Below, piece after piece: positions 28,139-36,759 of a DNA stretch of 64,000 nt. The stretch lies in the NCBI GenBank assembly GCA_038882575.1, contig JAVZNZ010000002.1, positions 170,083 to 234,082 on the forward strand. Reading direction: 5' to 3'. The DNA is from Candidatus Bathyarchaeia archaeon (GTDB lineage: Archaea; Thermoproteota; Bathyarchaeia; Bathyarchaeales; Bathycorpusculaceae). Position 1 is the stretch's first letter. The number at the start of each line of letters is the position of its first letter. The translations under genes and the position numbers were made by a program. Below the pieces are notes generated by a model, which did not search any database, was not told the DNA's origin, and saw nothing but the letters and a program-made list of their open reading frames with translations.

Positions 28139-29938
28139 CTATTCTGGTGGTATGCTGAGGTAAAGTGTGCGCATGTCCACGCCTCTGGTAGTGTTGCGAT
28201 ACATGTAGTAGACATACAACAATATGCCGACAATTATACAGCCAAAGAAGCCGGCTGCACTAACCACTTCCCATGTTTCCGCGCCTGTTGTAAAGAGCGA
28301 CCAAATCCATGGAGATTCTTTAATGAAAATGTATAGACAGAAGGCTCCTCCAAGTGTTGCTATAAAGCCTAGGCCAACAACAGCTCCTATTGAATGTTTG
28401 ACGGCTGCGCGTTCGTAGATTTCTCTTCTTTCGAGTGGAAGGAGCATGCATGAAATGCAGAATAGCGTTAGGAAGAAGGCATCAAATATGTCCGTGCCAA
28501 CAACTCCAGCAAATGCCAAGTAGTCTGCGGCTCCCTTTGGAAAGTTTGCTTCAGCCATACAAGCTGGAATAGCGAAAACCGCAGTTATTATTATTGACCA
28601 AACTGGGGCATGCCACCTTTCGCTGACGTAAGCGAATTTTTCAGGCATCATTCTGTCAAATGACATGGCGAAAAACGTCCTAGAAGCAACAAGCAAGAAT
28701 GGTGGAATGTCGTTAGCAACCCAGAGGACGCCACCCAAAGCGATTAGTATTGCAAGTATTCCCAAATTCATGCCTATCGCGGTGATTGACGCTATACCAG
28801 TGCTCCAAGCGCTCAAAAAGTTGATTGGACGTGTAGGGTCAACTCCCTTAAACTCGGGTTTAGTGCCGTCTACTTGTATGTGTGTCCAGTTTCCTTCACC
28901 ATACTTTTCGATGTCAGGATCTGCTCCCACATACCTGTATGCAGCTTCCCAGTCTACAGGGCCGTAGCTGAGAAATGCATATGCTTGATAAAAGCTCCAT
29001 TGATTTGGATAATCGGTTGTTTTGTCAACATAAACATTCATGGCGGAAAACGCTGAAAGCGAAGAAGCTAACAAGTAGACTATCATTATTATTAGCCCTG
29101 CAATAGCAACAACTTTGGGGAGCTTTTTGTTTGCTTCTTTGACTTCTCCAGCCACAAATGTGGTGGCGTACCAGCCCATGTAAGCCCAGAATGCGCCGCC
29201 AAGTGCGACGGAGAAGGCGCTGAAGAATCCGGTTTTTGCCTCTACCATTCCGCTGTGAAGGGCTAAATCCACAAGGCTTTTAGGCGAAAGATTGATTACG
29301 GCTTTTACTCCTTCCTCGAGAGAACTTGGATTCACTATGCCTGCGATCCACATTGCAAAGAAAATTATTGTGATTGCTGCTGGTATGTAGAAGAGTACTT
29401 CCATCAATCTGCCGTATAGCTTAGTTCCTAATAGCGCAATTATTGCAAATATCCACACGATAGCTAGCCCACCCAAGAAGAGTTCCAATGAACCGAACGA
29501 AATGGTCGTCGGCGCCAATGCAATATTAAAGAATATCATTACTCCTTCAAACACCGCCACACCAATTAACCCATAGGAGAAGGCTTCGGCGAGGAACATT
29601 AGCCAACCAGCAATATAGCCCACAGACGGATGAATTACTCTAGAGATTGTTACGTAGCCGCCTCCTGATCGTGGCATGGCCGCAGTCACGTAGCCCGCAG
29701 CGTAACCAGTAATCAGCACAATTATGCCGCATACGAGGAAAGCCCAGAACATTGCTGGCAAACCAAGCGGCATTTCGTTTGTTGGCATTGGCACCGGACC
29801 CGTGAATTGAAATGCTCTTTTTTGCCATCCTAAGCCTACAACGTGGCTCATGATTATGATTACGCCTAATGTGAAGCCTATTTCACGCACTAGTCCAGTT
29901 GCTTCTCTAGCAAAAAGTCCTGGTTTGCTCGAAGCCAT
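28139..29938 (-). CDS. APC-superfamily amino acid/polyamine permease with a large extracytoplasmic loop
   Basis: 599 aa with about 12 or more hydrophobic helices. N-terminal FAREATGLVREI typical of APC transporters. Confidence 0.8.
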   Translation of the reverse strand: MASSKPGLFAREATGLVREIGFTLGVIIIMSHVVGLGWQKRAFQFTGPVPMPTNEMPLGLPAMFWAFLVCGIIVLITGYAAGYVTAAMPRSGGGYVTISRVIHPSVGYIAGWLMFLAEAFSYGLIGVAVFEGVMIFFNIALAPTTISFGSLELFLGGLAIVWIFAIIALLGTKLYGRLMEVLFYIPAAITIIFFAMWIAGIVNPSSLEEGVKAVINLSPKSLVDLALHSGMVEAKTGFFSAFSVALGGAFWAYMGWYATTFVAGEVKEANKKLPKVVAIAGLIIMIVYLLASSLSAFSAMNVYVDKTTDYPNQWSFYQAYAFLSYGPVDWEAAYRYVGADPDIEKYGEGNWTHIQVDGTKPEFKGVDPTRPINFLSAWSTGIASITAIGMNLGILAILIALGGVLWVANDIPPFLLVASRTFFAMSFDRMMPEKFAYVSERWHAPVWSIIITAVFAIPACMAEANFPKGAADYLAFAGVVGTDIFDAFFLTLFCISCMLLPLERREIYERAAVKHSIGAVVGLGFIATLGGAFCLYIFIKESPWIWSLFTTGAETWEVVSAAGFFGCIIVGILLYVYYMYRNTTRGVDMRTLYLSIPPE

Positions 29939-30059
29939 TTATTACAACACCCGAACATCTAGTTTTGATTATATCCAAATTTAAAACTTTCCATAAAGTC
30001 TAAATTTAAATAGTGCGATTCCATGATTTAAAGTGGAATAAGCGTAGGGAATGGTTTAG

Positions 30060-31034
30060 TTGGCGTTTCTATTCAAAAAGAAAAAAGAAGCTGAAACAAG
30101 AATACTGTTCGCAACGGACATGCATGGTTCAGAGGGCGTGTGGAGAAAATTCCTAAATGCCTCTGCAATGCTTAAGGTGGACTTCGCCATATGCGGAGGA
30201 GACCTAACCGGAAAAATGATAGTGCCCGTAGTCAAACAAAAGGATGGAAAATACTCCTACTATCACCTTAAAAAGACTCATACGGTGGATGAAAGCGAAA
30301 TAGAGAAAGCCTTGAAGGAGATAAGGGGTATTGGCTATTATCCCTACATTACAAACGAAAGCGAATATGAGGAAATGGCGAGTAGTCCCAAAAAAGTCGA
30401 CGAAGTTTTCCACAAGGTTATGATTGAAACAATTAAGAATTGGCTTGACCTCATCCCACAGAAGGTTCCAAACGAGACAAAGGTTGTGGTTTGTCCCGGA
30501 AACGACGACAGACCTGCTGTAGACGAAATAGTCAACGTTCACAAGCACGTAATAAATGGCGAAGGAAAAGTGATAGAAATTGATGATACACATGAGATGA
30601 TAAGCACCGGCTGGGTGAACCCAAGCCCGTGGAAAACGGCACGAGAAGAAGAAGAGGAGAAGCTTGAAGAGAGGCTTGAAAAATACATTTCGCAGCTCAA
30701 GAACCCTGAAAACGCCATTTTCAATTTTCACGCTCCCCCATACCAGTCAAAGCTTGATGAAGCCCCGCTTTTGGACAAAGACCTAAACCCAGTAATCCAA
30801 GGCGGAAGCGTCATCATGGTTCCAGTCGGCTCAAAAGCAGTAAGGAAAATGATTGAAAAATACCAGCCTTTCCTGGGGCTTCACGGACACATACATGAGG
30901 CAGCTGGTTCAATGAAAATTGGAAAGACATACTGCGTAAACCCCGGAAGCGAATATGCAGAGGGAATCTTAAGGGCTTTCCTAATAGAGTTTAAGGGCAA
31001 CAAGATAACAAGGTTGCAGAGAATAGAAGGCTAA
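30060..31034 (+). CDS. Calcineurin-like metallophosphoesterase
   Basis: Ordered motifs ATDMHGSE, CGGDLTGK, CPGNDD, FHAPP, GLHGHIHE. TTG start. Confidence 0.85.
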   Translation: MAFLFKKKKEAETRILFATDMHGSEGVWRKFLNASAMLKVDFAICGGDLTGKMIVPVVKQKDGKYSYYHLKKTHTVDESEIEKALKEIRGIGYYPYITNESEYEEMASSPKKVDEVFHKVMIETIKNWLDLIPQKVPNETKVVVCPGNDDRPAVDEIVNVHKHVINGEGKVIEIDDTHEMISTGWVNPSPWKTAREEEEEKLEERLEKYISQLKNPENAIFNFHAPPYQSKLDEAPLLDKDLNPVIQGGSVIMVPVGSKAVRKMIEKYQPFLGLHGHIHEAAGSMKIGKTYCVNPGSEYAEGILRAFLIEFKGNKITRLQRIEG

Positions 31035-31053
31035 GCAATGGGGAAGCAAAGCC

Positions 31054-31983
31054 ATGGCCTGGCTTCTTGATAGGGAAATTAAACGTGAACTGCCAGAAGA
31101 GTGGAAGGGCATAGTTCCAACAGAAATCTTCATTCAAGAATCTAAGGGAATTGTTGAAAGGGCAAGGCAGGATGGCGTTATCCTAAGAATCCTTGGTGGA
31201 TTAAGCATAGCAATTCATTGCGAAGAGTACAGGGACTTCGCACAGAAACTCGGCAGAGTTGGAACAGGCACCATTGAGGGACAAGAATACAGCGACATAG
31301 ACCTTGTTTCATATCGCAGTTACAGAGAAAAAGTGAAAGAGTTGTTCGACAAGCTGGGTTATGCCAAAAGGAGGGCAACCCTTTCCACAGCAGCATCTGA
31401 AAGGCAAATCTACTTCCATCCTAAAGGCTGGTTTTACGTCGACGTTTTCTTCGACAAACTTTTGGTGGCAAACCACCCAATAGACTTTAAAGGAAGGCTT
31501 GAACTTGACTATCCAACAATAACCGTTACAGACATGCTATTGGAAAAAATCCAGATGTGGGAAGCCTTCAGCCAAAAAGACCTAAAAGACTGCTTGTTGC
31601 TCCTAAAGGCGCACAACATAAGCGAAAAAACAGAAAAAGAAAGCATAGACGCCTCCTACATTGCAAAACTTTTAGCCCAAGACTGGGGCTTCTGGTACAC
31701 AGCCACAACAAACCTCAAAAAAATCAAAGCCTTCCTAACGGAAATAGACAAATTCGGACCAGAAATAAACATAGACCCAAAACAAATAACAAAGGAGGAA
31801 AGAGAAGAAATAACACAAAAAATAGACAAAATATTAGAAACAATAGAGAGAGAACCAAAAACTTTCGGGTGGAAAATGCGGGCAAAAATAGGCGCAAAAA
31901 AGCAATGGTACAACCCGGTTGAACGCCCAGAAACAGTCGGCGGATTCGGAATATGGGAAACCCTACTAAAAGGAGAAAAATAA
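31054..31983 (+). CDS. Nucleotidyltransferase-fold protein, paralog of 26037-27185
   Basis: GGLSIAIHC...SDIDLVS, WFYVDVFFD, YPTITVTDML, ESIDAS, KKQWYNPVERP. Starts 19 nt after the phosphoesterase gene. Confidence 0.7.
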   Translation: MAWLLDREIKRELPEEWKGIVPTEIFIQESKGIVERARQDGVILRILGGLSIAIHCEEYRDFAQKLGRVGTGTIEGQEYSDIDLVSYRSYREKVKELFDKLGYAKRRATLSTAASERQIYFHPKGWFYVDVFFDKLLVANHPIDFKGRLELDYPTITVTDMLLEKIQMWEAFSQKDLKDCLLLLKAHNISEKTEKESIDASYIAKLLAQDWGFWYTATTNLKKIKAFLTEIDKFGPEINIDPKQITKEEREEITQKIDKILETIEREPKTFGWKMRAKIGAKKQWYNPVERPETVGGFGIWETLLKGEK

Positions 31984-32070
31984 CAACGGGCTGAATGTCA
32001 AAATTCTTAAAATTTAAGTTTTTAGACGTAGAAGGTATAAATATAAGTATAACTTTGTATAACTCCAGGT

Positions 32071-32334
32071 ATGAAAATGCTTGAAGAAGAGATGAAAGTA
32101 GGTCCAAAAGGTCAAGTTGTCATTCCAAGGGCACTAAGAAAAGCGCTCAAAATATATTCAGGCTCAAGGGTTAAATTCAAACTTGAAGGTGAAAGATTAA
32201 TTCTAGAGAAACAGCCCATCGACCCCATAACAATATTTGAAAGTGTAGCGAAAAAAGGGCCTTCCATAGGCAAGTTCAACGAGCATGCATATAGAGAAGA
32301 GTTAGCAAAAAGGTTCAGAAAATGCTCTACCTAG
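32071..32334 (+). CDS. vapB: AbrB/SpoVT-fold antitoxin (VapB type)
   Basis: VGPKGQVVIPRALRKALKI..GSRVKFKLEGERLILE swapped-hairpin motif. Overlaps the downstream PIN gene by 13 nt. Confidence 0.8.
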   Translation: MKMLEEEMKVGPKGQVVIPRALRKALKIYSGSRVKFKLEGERLILEKQPIDPITIFESVAKKGPSIGKFNEHAYREELAKRFRKCST

Positions 32335-32723
32335 ACTCAAACATTTTCATATATGCCGCAATAGACAATGGGGGAATGGGCGAGAAAGCGAGAACCTTAT
32401 TAAGAAAGGTGCAGCAAGGTGAGGAAGAGGCATCCTCATCCGCGCTTACCTTTGATGAATTGGTATTGGCTGTAAAGAAATACCGGTCTATGGACGACGC
32501 CATAAACGTGGGCGAAGCATTCCTTAACTTTCCCAACATGAAAATTGTGGCGGTGGACGACGAATTACTGGTTCAAGCCTTAAACATCATTAAAAAGTAT
32601 AAGTTAGATCCAAGAGACGCCATACACGCAGCCACAGCAATACTGAAAAAAGCCGAGGCAATAGTATCCACAGACCCGCATTTCGACAAAGTAAAAGAGA
32701 TAAAAAGAAAGCCTCTTAAATAA
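32322..32723 (+). CDS. vapC: PIN-domain ribonuclease toxin (VapC type)
   Basis: MLYLDSNIFIYA (first acidic residue), ..FDELV.., DPRDAIHAATA, IVSTDPHFD. 133 aa. Confidence 0.85.
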   Translation: MLYLDSNIFIYAAIDNGGMGEKARTLLRKVQQGEEEASSSALTFDELVLAVKKYRSMDDAINVGEAFLNFPNMKIVAVDDELLVQALNIIKKYKLDPRDAIHAATAILKKAEAIVSTDPHFDKVKEIKRKPLK

Positions 32724-32765
32724 AGCGAAAAGTTAATGAGTAAAGCCTCACCGAGTATTTTGGGG

Positions 32766-32886
32766 TTTGCCGGCCATAGGGCGCGGGACCCACCCGATCC
32801 CATTCCGAACTCGGAAGTTAAACCGCGCTCCGTTCCCGGCTGTAGTGTGGTCTTCGGCCACGCGAACCCGGGAAAGCTGGCAGCCC
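32766..32886 (+). rRNA. rrf: 5S rRNA (stand-alone, not linked to 16S/23S in this window)
   Basis: GCCGGCCAUAGGGCGCGGGACCCACCCGAUCCCAUUCCGAACUCGGAAGUUAAACCGCGC... with the conserved CCGAAC..GGAAGUUAA core and a terminal helix UGCCGGC/GCUGGCA. Ends are approximate (+/-3 nt). Confidence 0.9.
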
Positions 32887-32945
32887 CACTGAAATTTAAA
32901 TATCCTAACGATGCTGAGAGTTAGCTAAAATTTATAACTGAGCGT

Positions 32946-34097
32946 TTGATAGTTTTTTCGAAAGGTGAGCATGTGAATATAATTGCAATAATGGCGCTTA
33001 TGCAGGAACCATTTGGAGAGTATTCATGGATTTTAACAATACTTACCTACATCTTCTTCATAGTCCTAATATTTTATGGAAATAGGATTCAGATGCATGT
33101 AATGCTTAGAGAAGTTGAAAACTCCCTTTACAAGTTAAAATACATTAAGGATGAGGGGCGAAAAATCGCCATAGAAACAGTTAAAGAAATTGGAAAGCCT
33201 CAGACAGATCCAACAAGCAGGATTGACAGGTTTTTAGAATACTTCACCATACAACCGCAAAGCCTCGACCCAGCCGGAGTAGTTTGGAAACTTGAACACA
33301 TACTTGATGTTAGAGACGCAAGGTTCAAGGACGAAGTAAAATTGATGGCGCCTGCCGCGGATGAAACCCAAGCAAATAATTTGGAAAATACGCTTGAGGC
33401 TGCAATGGCTTTAAACTACATTTACAAGGTGATAAGGCACTTTTATTTGCTTGGCAAAAAAACTCTAAGCCTCTACATAATCATGCAAATACAGATGATA
33501 CTGCCCCTAGTCATGAGGGAAGCAGAAGCCTACGCAAGCGCGCTTAAGGCCTTTGCCTATGGCCAACCAATAGGAGACGGTGCAGGGGCTCTGGTAGCTG
33601 CAAAACTTATGCATGGGTATGAAACAAGAAAAATACAGAAGGACTGTGTTGTGGCAACTGTACCAATAGAAGGGCGAACAGCATACGTAATTAAGGCTGA
33701 AGGCCCAGGGGGAAACGTTGGCAAACCCGGAGACGCAATAAAAACCATTATTGAAGAGAATGAGGGGAAAATTGCCGCCATAATTATGGTTGACGCTGCC
33801 CTAAAGCTTGAGGGAGAGGAGGTTGGCGAAGTAGCTGAGGGAGTAGGTGCGGCCATAGGCGGGCCAGGCGTTGACCAATTTAAAATTGAAGAATCTATTT
33901 TGAAATATCGCATTCCAATAAACGCTGTAATAATAAAAGAGGATATAGGCGATGCTGTTTCGCCCATGAGGAAGGAAATTTTCGAGGCTGTCGACAGAGC
34001 CATTGAAAGGATTAAGCATGTAATTTTGGAAAGAACCAAAGAGGGGGACAAGGTCATAATTGCTGGGGTTGGAAACACCATTGGCATCGGACAGTAG
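32946..34097 (+). CDS. Conserved archaeal membrane-anchored protein (resembles the DUF1512 family; name from memory, unverified)
   Basis: 383-aa ORF with an N-terminal TM helix (WILTILTYIFFIVLIFYG) and a long soluble domain. The start may be the internal Met (MALMQEPF). Confidence 0.7.
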   Translation: MIVFSKGEHVNIIAIMALMQEPFGEYSWILTILTYIFFIVLIFYGNRIQMHVMLREVENSLYKLKYIKDEGRKIAIETVKEIGKPQTDPTSRIDRFLEYFTIQPQSLDPAGVVWKLEHILDVRDARFKDEVKLMAPAADETQANNLENTLEAAMALNYIYKVIRHFYLLGKKTLSLYIIMQIQMILPLVMREAEAYASALKAFAYGQPIGDGAGALVAAKLMHGYETRKIQKDCVVATVPIEGRTAYVIKAEGPGGNVGKPGDAIKTIIEENEGKIAAIIMVDAALKLEGEEVGEVAEGVGAAIGGPGVDQFKIEESILKYRIPINAVIIKEDIGDAVSPMRKEIFEAVDRAIERIKHVILERTKEGDKVIIAGVGNTIGIGQ

Positions 34098-34112
34098 GAG
34101 GAAGCGAAATCT

Positions 34113-34514
34113 ATGAGTGAAAATGCTAAGCCTTCAACGGCCAAAATCTCCTCTTTTGTGCTCATGATAATTTTTGTAACTTTGGCTGTGTCGCTTGCAG
34201 CCATAATCTTAGCAATATCAATGCTTGACTACAACCAGATAGCCGCCGGCTACTTACTATTAATAGGGCTTTCGGCGCTGGGCCTATCCACATACGTGCT
34301 TTTCCAAACAAGAAGGCGAATTCTAGGTGTGAAAATAGTTACTCCACCTGTAACAACAACAATTGAATGTAGGAAATGCGGTTTCAAAAGCGTAAGAGAA
34401 TTCCAGCGCGGCGACTACATTTTCAAGGAAGTTGAGCCATGCCAAAAATGTAATGAAAAGATGCTGATAACAGCAATTTATAGAGAGGTTAAGGAAAGAG
34501 AACGCACATCTTAG
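34113..34514 (+). CDS. Small membrane protein with C-terminal zinc ribbon
   Basis: Two TM helices, then CRKCGFKS...CQKCNEKM. 133 aa, 15 nt after the preceding gene. Confidence 0.65.
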   Translation: MSENAKPSTAKISSFVLMIIFVTLAVSLAAIILAISMLDYNQIAAGYLLLIGLSALGLSTYVLFQTRRRILGVKIVTPPVTTTIECRKCGFKSVREFQRGDYIFKEVEPCQKCNEKMLITAIYREVKERERTS

Positions 34515-35420
34515 CTAGGTTAGGACAACACATTCGTCCTCTAGGACCAGAACCGTGTGCTCTGCTTGGGCAACGGGTTTCCTGCTAACTTCAATGAAGA
34601 CTGGATATCCAACTATGGCTTTGGAAGATAGGAGCTCTTGAAAGGCTTTTTGATAATGCTCTTTTGGAACAACGTTCTTCAACCATCTCTCGGCAAAAGG
34701 GAGTGTTCTAAAATTTTCTTCAATGTATTTTAGAAGCTGTTTTGAATAGGGATTTTTCAGTGGTTTAGGTTTATAGAGGCGGAATATTGTAGTTTCTTCT
34801 CCATCTTCAACTCTACCAACGGCTTCTGGAAGTGTTACAAAGGGCTCAATTGCGTAGGCGCCGCCAGGGAGAATTTTTGAAAATGATATTTGCGAAACGT
34901 TTGGTATGGAAGTGCCGGCGTGAACAAGATAACGTCCAACTTGATGTCCAGTTAAATTTGAAATTGGTTTAAAGCCTCGGTTTTTTATGGTTTTCTCTAT
35001 TAATGCGCCTATTTTTGATGTTGGCATTTTTGGTGAGATGTTTTCTGTTGCCACCTTTAATGCTTGTTCTGCAGTTTCAACGAGAGCGTAATATTCTGGG
35101 TTAAAACAGATTGTTATGGCGGTATCTGTCACATACCCGTCAACGTGGACGCCCATGTCCACTTTAACAATTGATTTTTTGGGAATTCTCCTAGTGTCGT
35201 TTGGTGGCGACGTGTAGTGGGCTGCAATCTCGTTTATTGAAATGTTGCATGGGAACGCGGGTTTTCCGCCCCTCCTATATAGGAGGCTTTCAGCTTTCTC
35301 GCATAATTCTATTATTGGCATGTCTTCATGAACAAAATCCTTTATTTGCTCGCGCGCCTGCCTCAGAATTTCCCCAGACAATTTTAGCTTTTTTAGGGCT
35401 TCATTATCAAAATAGTCCAT
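34515..35420 (-). CDS. map: Methionine aminopeptidase, archaeal type 2
   Basis: FPCNISINEIAAHYTSP, VKVDMGVHVDGYVTDTA, HQVGRYLVHAG, YAIEPF, AQAEHTVLV metal-ligand motifs. Start set at MDYFDNEAL, because the longer ORF to 35498 would overlap the divergent neighbour. Confidence 0.9.
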   Translation of the reverse strand: MDYFDNEALKKLKLSGEILRQAREQIKDFVHEDMPIIELCEKAESLLYRRGGKPAFPCNISINEIAAHYTSPPNDTRRIPKKSIVKVDMGVHVDGYVTDTAITICFNPEYYALVETAEQALKVATENISPKMPTSKIGALIEKTIKNRGFKPISNLTGHQVGRYLVHAGTSIPNVSQISFSKILPGGAYAIEPFVTLPEAVGRVEDGEETTIFRLYKPKPLKNPYSKQLLKYIEENFRTLPFAERWLKNVVPKEHYQKAFQELLSSKAIVGYPVFIEVSRKPVAQAEHTVLVLEDECVVLT

Positions 35421-35488
35421 TAAATCACACTTACTTTTATTAATGCTAATAATGCTATAATTTAAAGTTAAAGGTTTAAAGTGGTGAT

Positions 35489-36163
35489 GTGATGGCAAAA
35501 GTTACGTGGTTTGGCCATGCCACATTCAAACTTGAAATCTCAAACAAAATTGTTTTGATAGACCCTTGGTTTAATGGAAACCCAACTTCTCCAATAGAGG
35601 CTTCAGAAATAAAAAACGCAAACATAGTTTACGTTACCCATGACCATGGCGACCATTTAGGCGATGCAATAGAAATTTGCAAGAAGACAGGCGCAACATT
35701 CGTCGGAACCTTTGAACTTAGCAATTACGCTGAAGAAAACGGCGTTAAAAAGGTTGTTGGACTAAACATCGGCGGAAGCGTAAAAATTGAGGGCATAGAA
35801 ATTTTTGTTGTCCAAGCTTTTCATACAGCCTCAAAAGGGGCGCCAACGGGCGTCATAATAAAAAATGAGGGAAAAACTGTTTACCATGCTGGAGACACTG
35901 CCCTCTTCGGGGACATGCGCCTCATAGGGGAACTATACAAACCCGACTTAGCCCTGATTCCAATTGGCGGCTACTACACAATGGGCGCAAAGGAGGCTGC
36001 TGAAGCCGTTAAACTAATTTCGCCAAGGGCTGTTATTCCGATGCATTACATGACATTTCCCGTTCTAGCCCAATCTGCAGACGAGTTTGTAGAAAAGGTT
36101 AGGGAAAAAATGCCAAATGTTAAGGTTGTGGTTTTAAAGCCTGGCGAAAGCTACCAATTCTAA
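35489..36163 (+). CDS. Metallo-beta-lactamase-fold hydrolase (UPF0173-like)
   Basis: VTWFGHATFKLE...IDPWF...VYVTHDHGDHLGD motif series. 224 aa. Confidence 0.8.
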   Translation: MMAKVTWFGHATFKLEISNKIVLIDPWFNGNPTSPIEASEIKNANIVYVTHDHGDHLGDAIEICKKTGATFVGTFELSNYAEENGVKKVVGLNIGGSVKIEGIEIFVVQAFHTASKGAPTGVIIKNEGKTVYHAGDTALFGDMRLIGELYKPDLALIPIGGYYTMGAKEAAEAVKLISPRAVIPMHYMTFPVLAQSADEFVEKVREKMPNVKVVVLKPGESYQF

Positions 36164-36177
36164 CATTTTAATTTGCC

Positions 36178-36741
36178 CTAAACTTTGGGCTTAAAGACTT
36201 TGGGCTCGAGAGTTGCAAATTCGTCCCCGCCTAAATGAAATATCATCTTAGCTTTTTCTAAATTATATCCTTCTTTAAAGGCTTCTTTATCTGCGTAGGC
36301 CTCAATTATTTCGCCGACAAAAATTGTGTGGTCACCGGTGGGAAATTTGCTGTGAAGCTTACATTCCAAGTGGGCAACACACTCCTTAATTATAGGCGCC
36401 TTAACTTTCTTTGCAGGCAAAGGCGTTAAACCAGCCTCCTTAAATTTGTCGTGGTCTCTGCCGCTAACTATCCCGCAGAAGAAAGTCTGCCTTAAAATGT
36501 CCATTGTTGGAATGTTAACAACAAAATCCCCTGTTTCTTCAATAAGCGTGTGCGAATGTCTTCTCGGCGCTATGCTTATGGCAACAAGGGGCGGCGTGAT
36601 TGACGTGGGCATGGCCCAAGCCAAAGTAATAATGTTTGGTTTTCCAGCTTTTCCAGTGCAAGAAACGAGAACAGTGTGCATGGGATGGAGAAGTTTGAAG
36701 GCTGTACGAATGTTTACGCCGACTTTTTCATGTTCCGGCAT
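36178..36741 (-). CDS. Flavin reductase-like FMN-binding domain protein
   Basis: HPMHTVLVSC..GKPNIITLAWAMP..PPLVAISI.PRRHS..LIEETGDFVVN pattern of the flavin-reductase split barrel. Confidence 0.75.
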   Translation of the reverse strand: MPEHEKVGVNIRTAFKLLHPMHTVLVSCTGKAGKPNIITLAWAMPTSITPPLVAISIAPRRHSHTLIEETGDFVVNIPTMDILRQTFFCGIVSGRDHDKFKEAGLTPLPAKKVKAPIIKECVAHLECKLHSKFPTGDHTIFVGEIIEAYADKEAFKEGYNLEKAKMIFHLGGDEFATLEPKVFKPKV

Positions 36742-36759
36742 GAAGCCACCAGAAGCTAA

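Noticed and set aside
31557-32107. Lys/Arg-rich 121-aa plus ORF and 127-aa/85-aa minus ORFs
   Set aside because: These are alternative-frame and antisense readings of the purine-rich 3' half of the NTase-paralog gene (31054-31983). They are low-complexity with no independent support.
32736-32924. 62-aa plus-strand ORF
   Set aside because: It coincides entirely with the 5S rRNA gene.
33557-34204. 215-aa minus-strand ORF
   Set aside because: It is antisense to the conserved 383-aa membrane-anchored protein gene. It has low-complexity Ser/Pro/Ala composition and no motifs.
35421-35498. 26-aa N-terminal extension of methionine aminopeptidase (ORF-track start at 35498)
   Set aside because: The extension (MPSHHHFKPLTLNYSIISINKSKCDL) is not part of the conserved MetAP fold and would overlap the divergent hydrolase gene start. 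The internal ATG at 35420 gives the canonical N-terminus.
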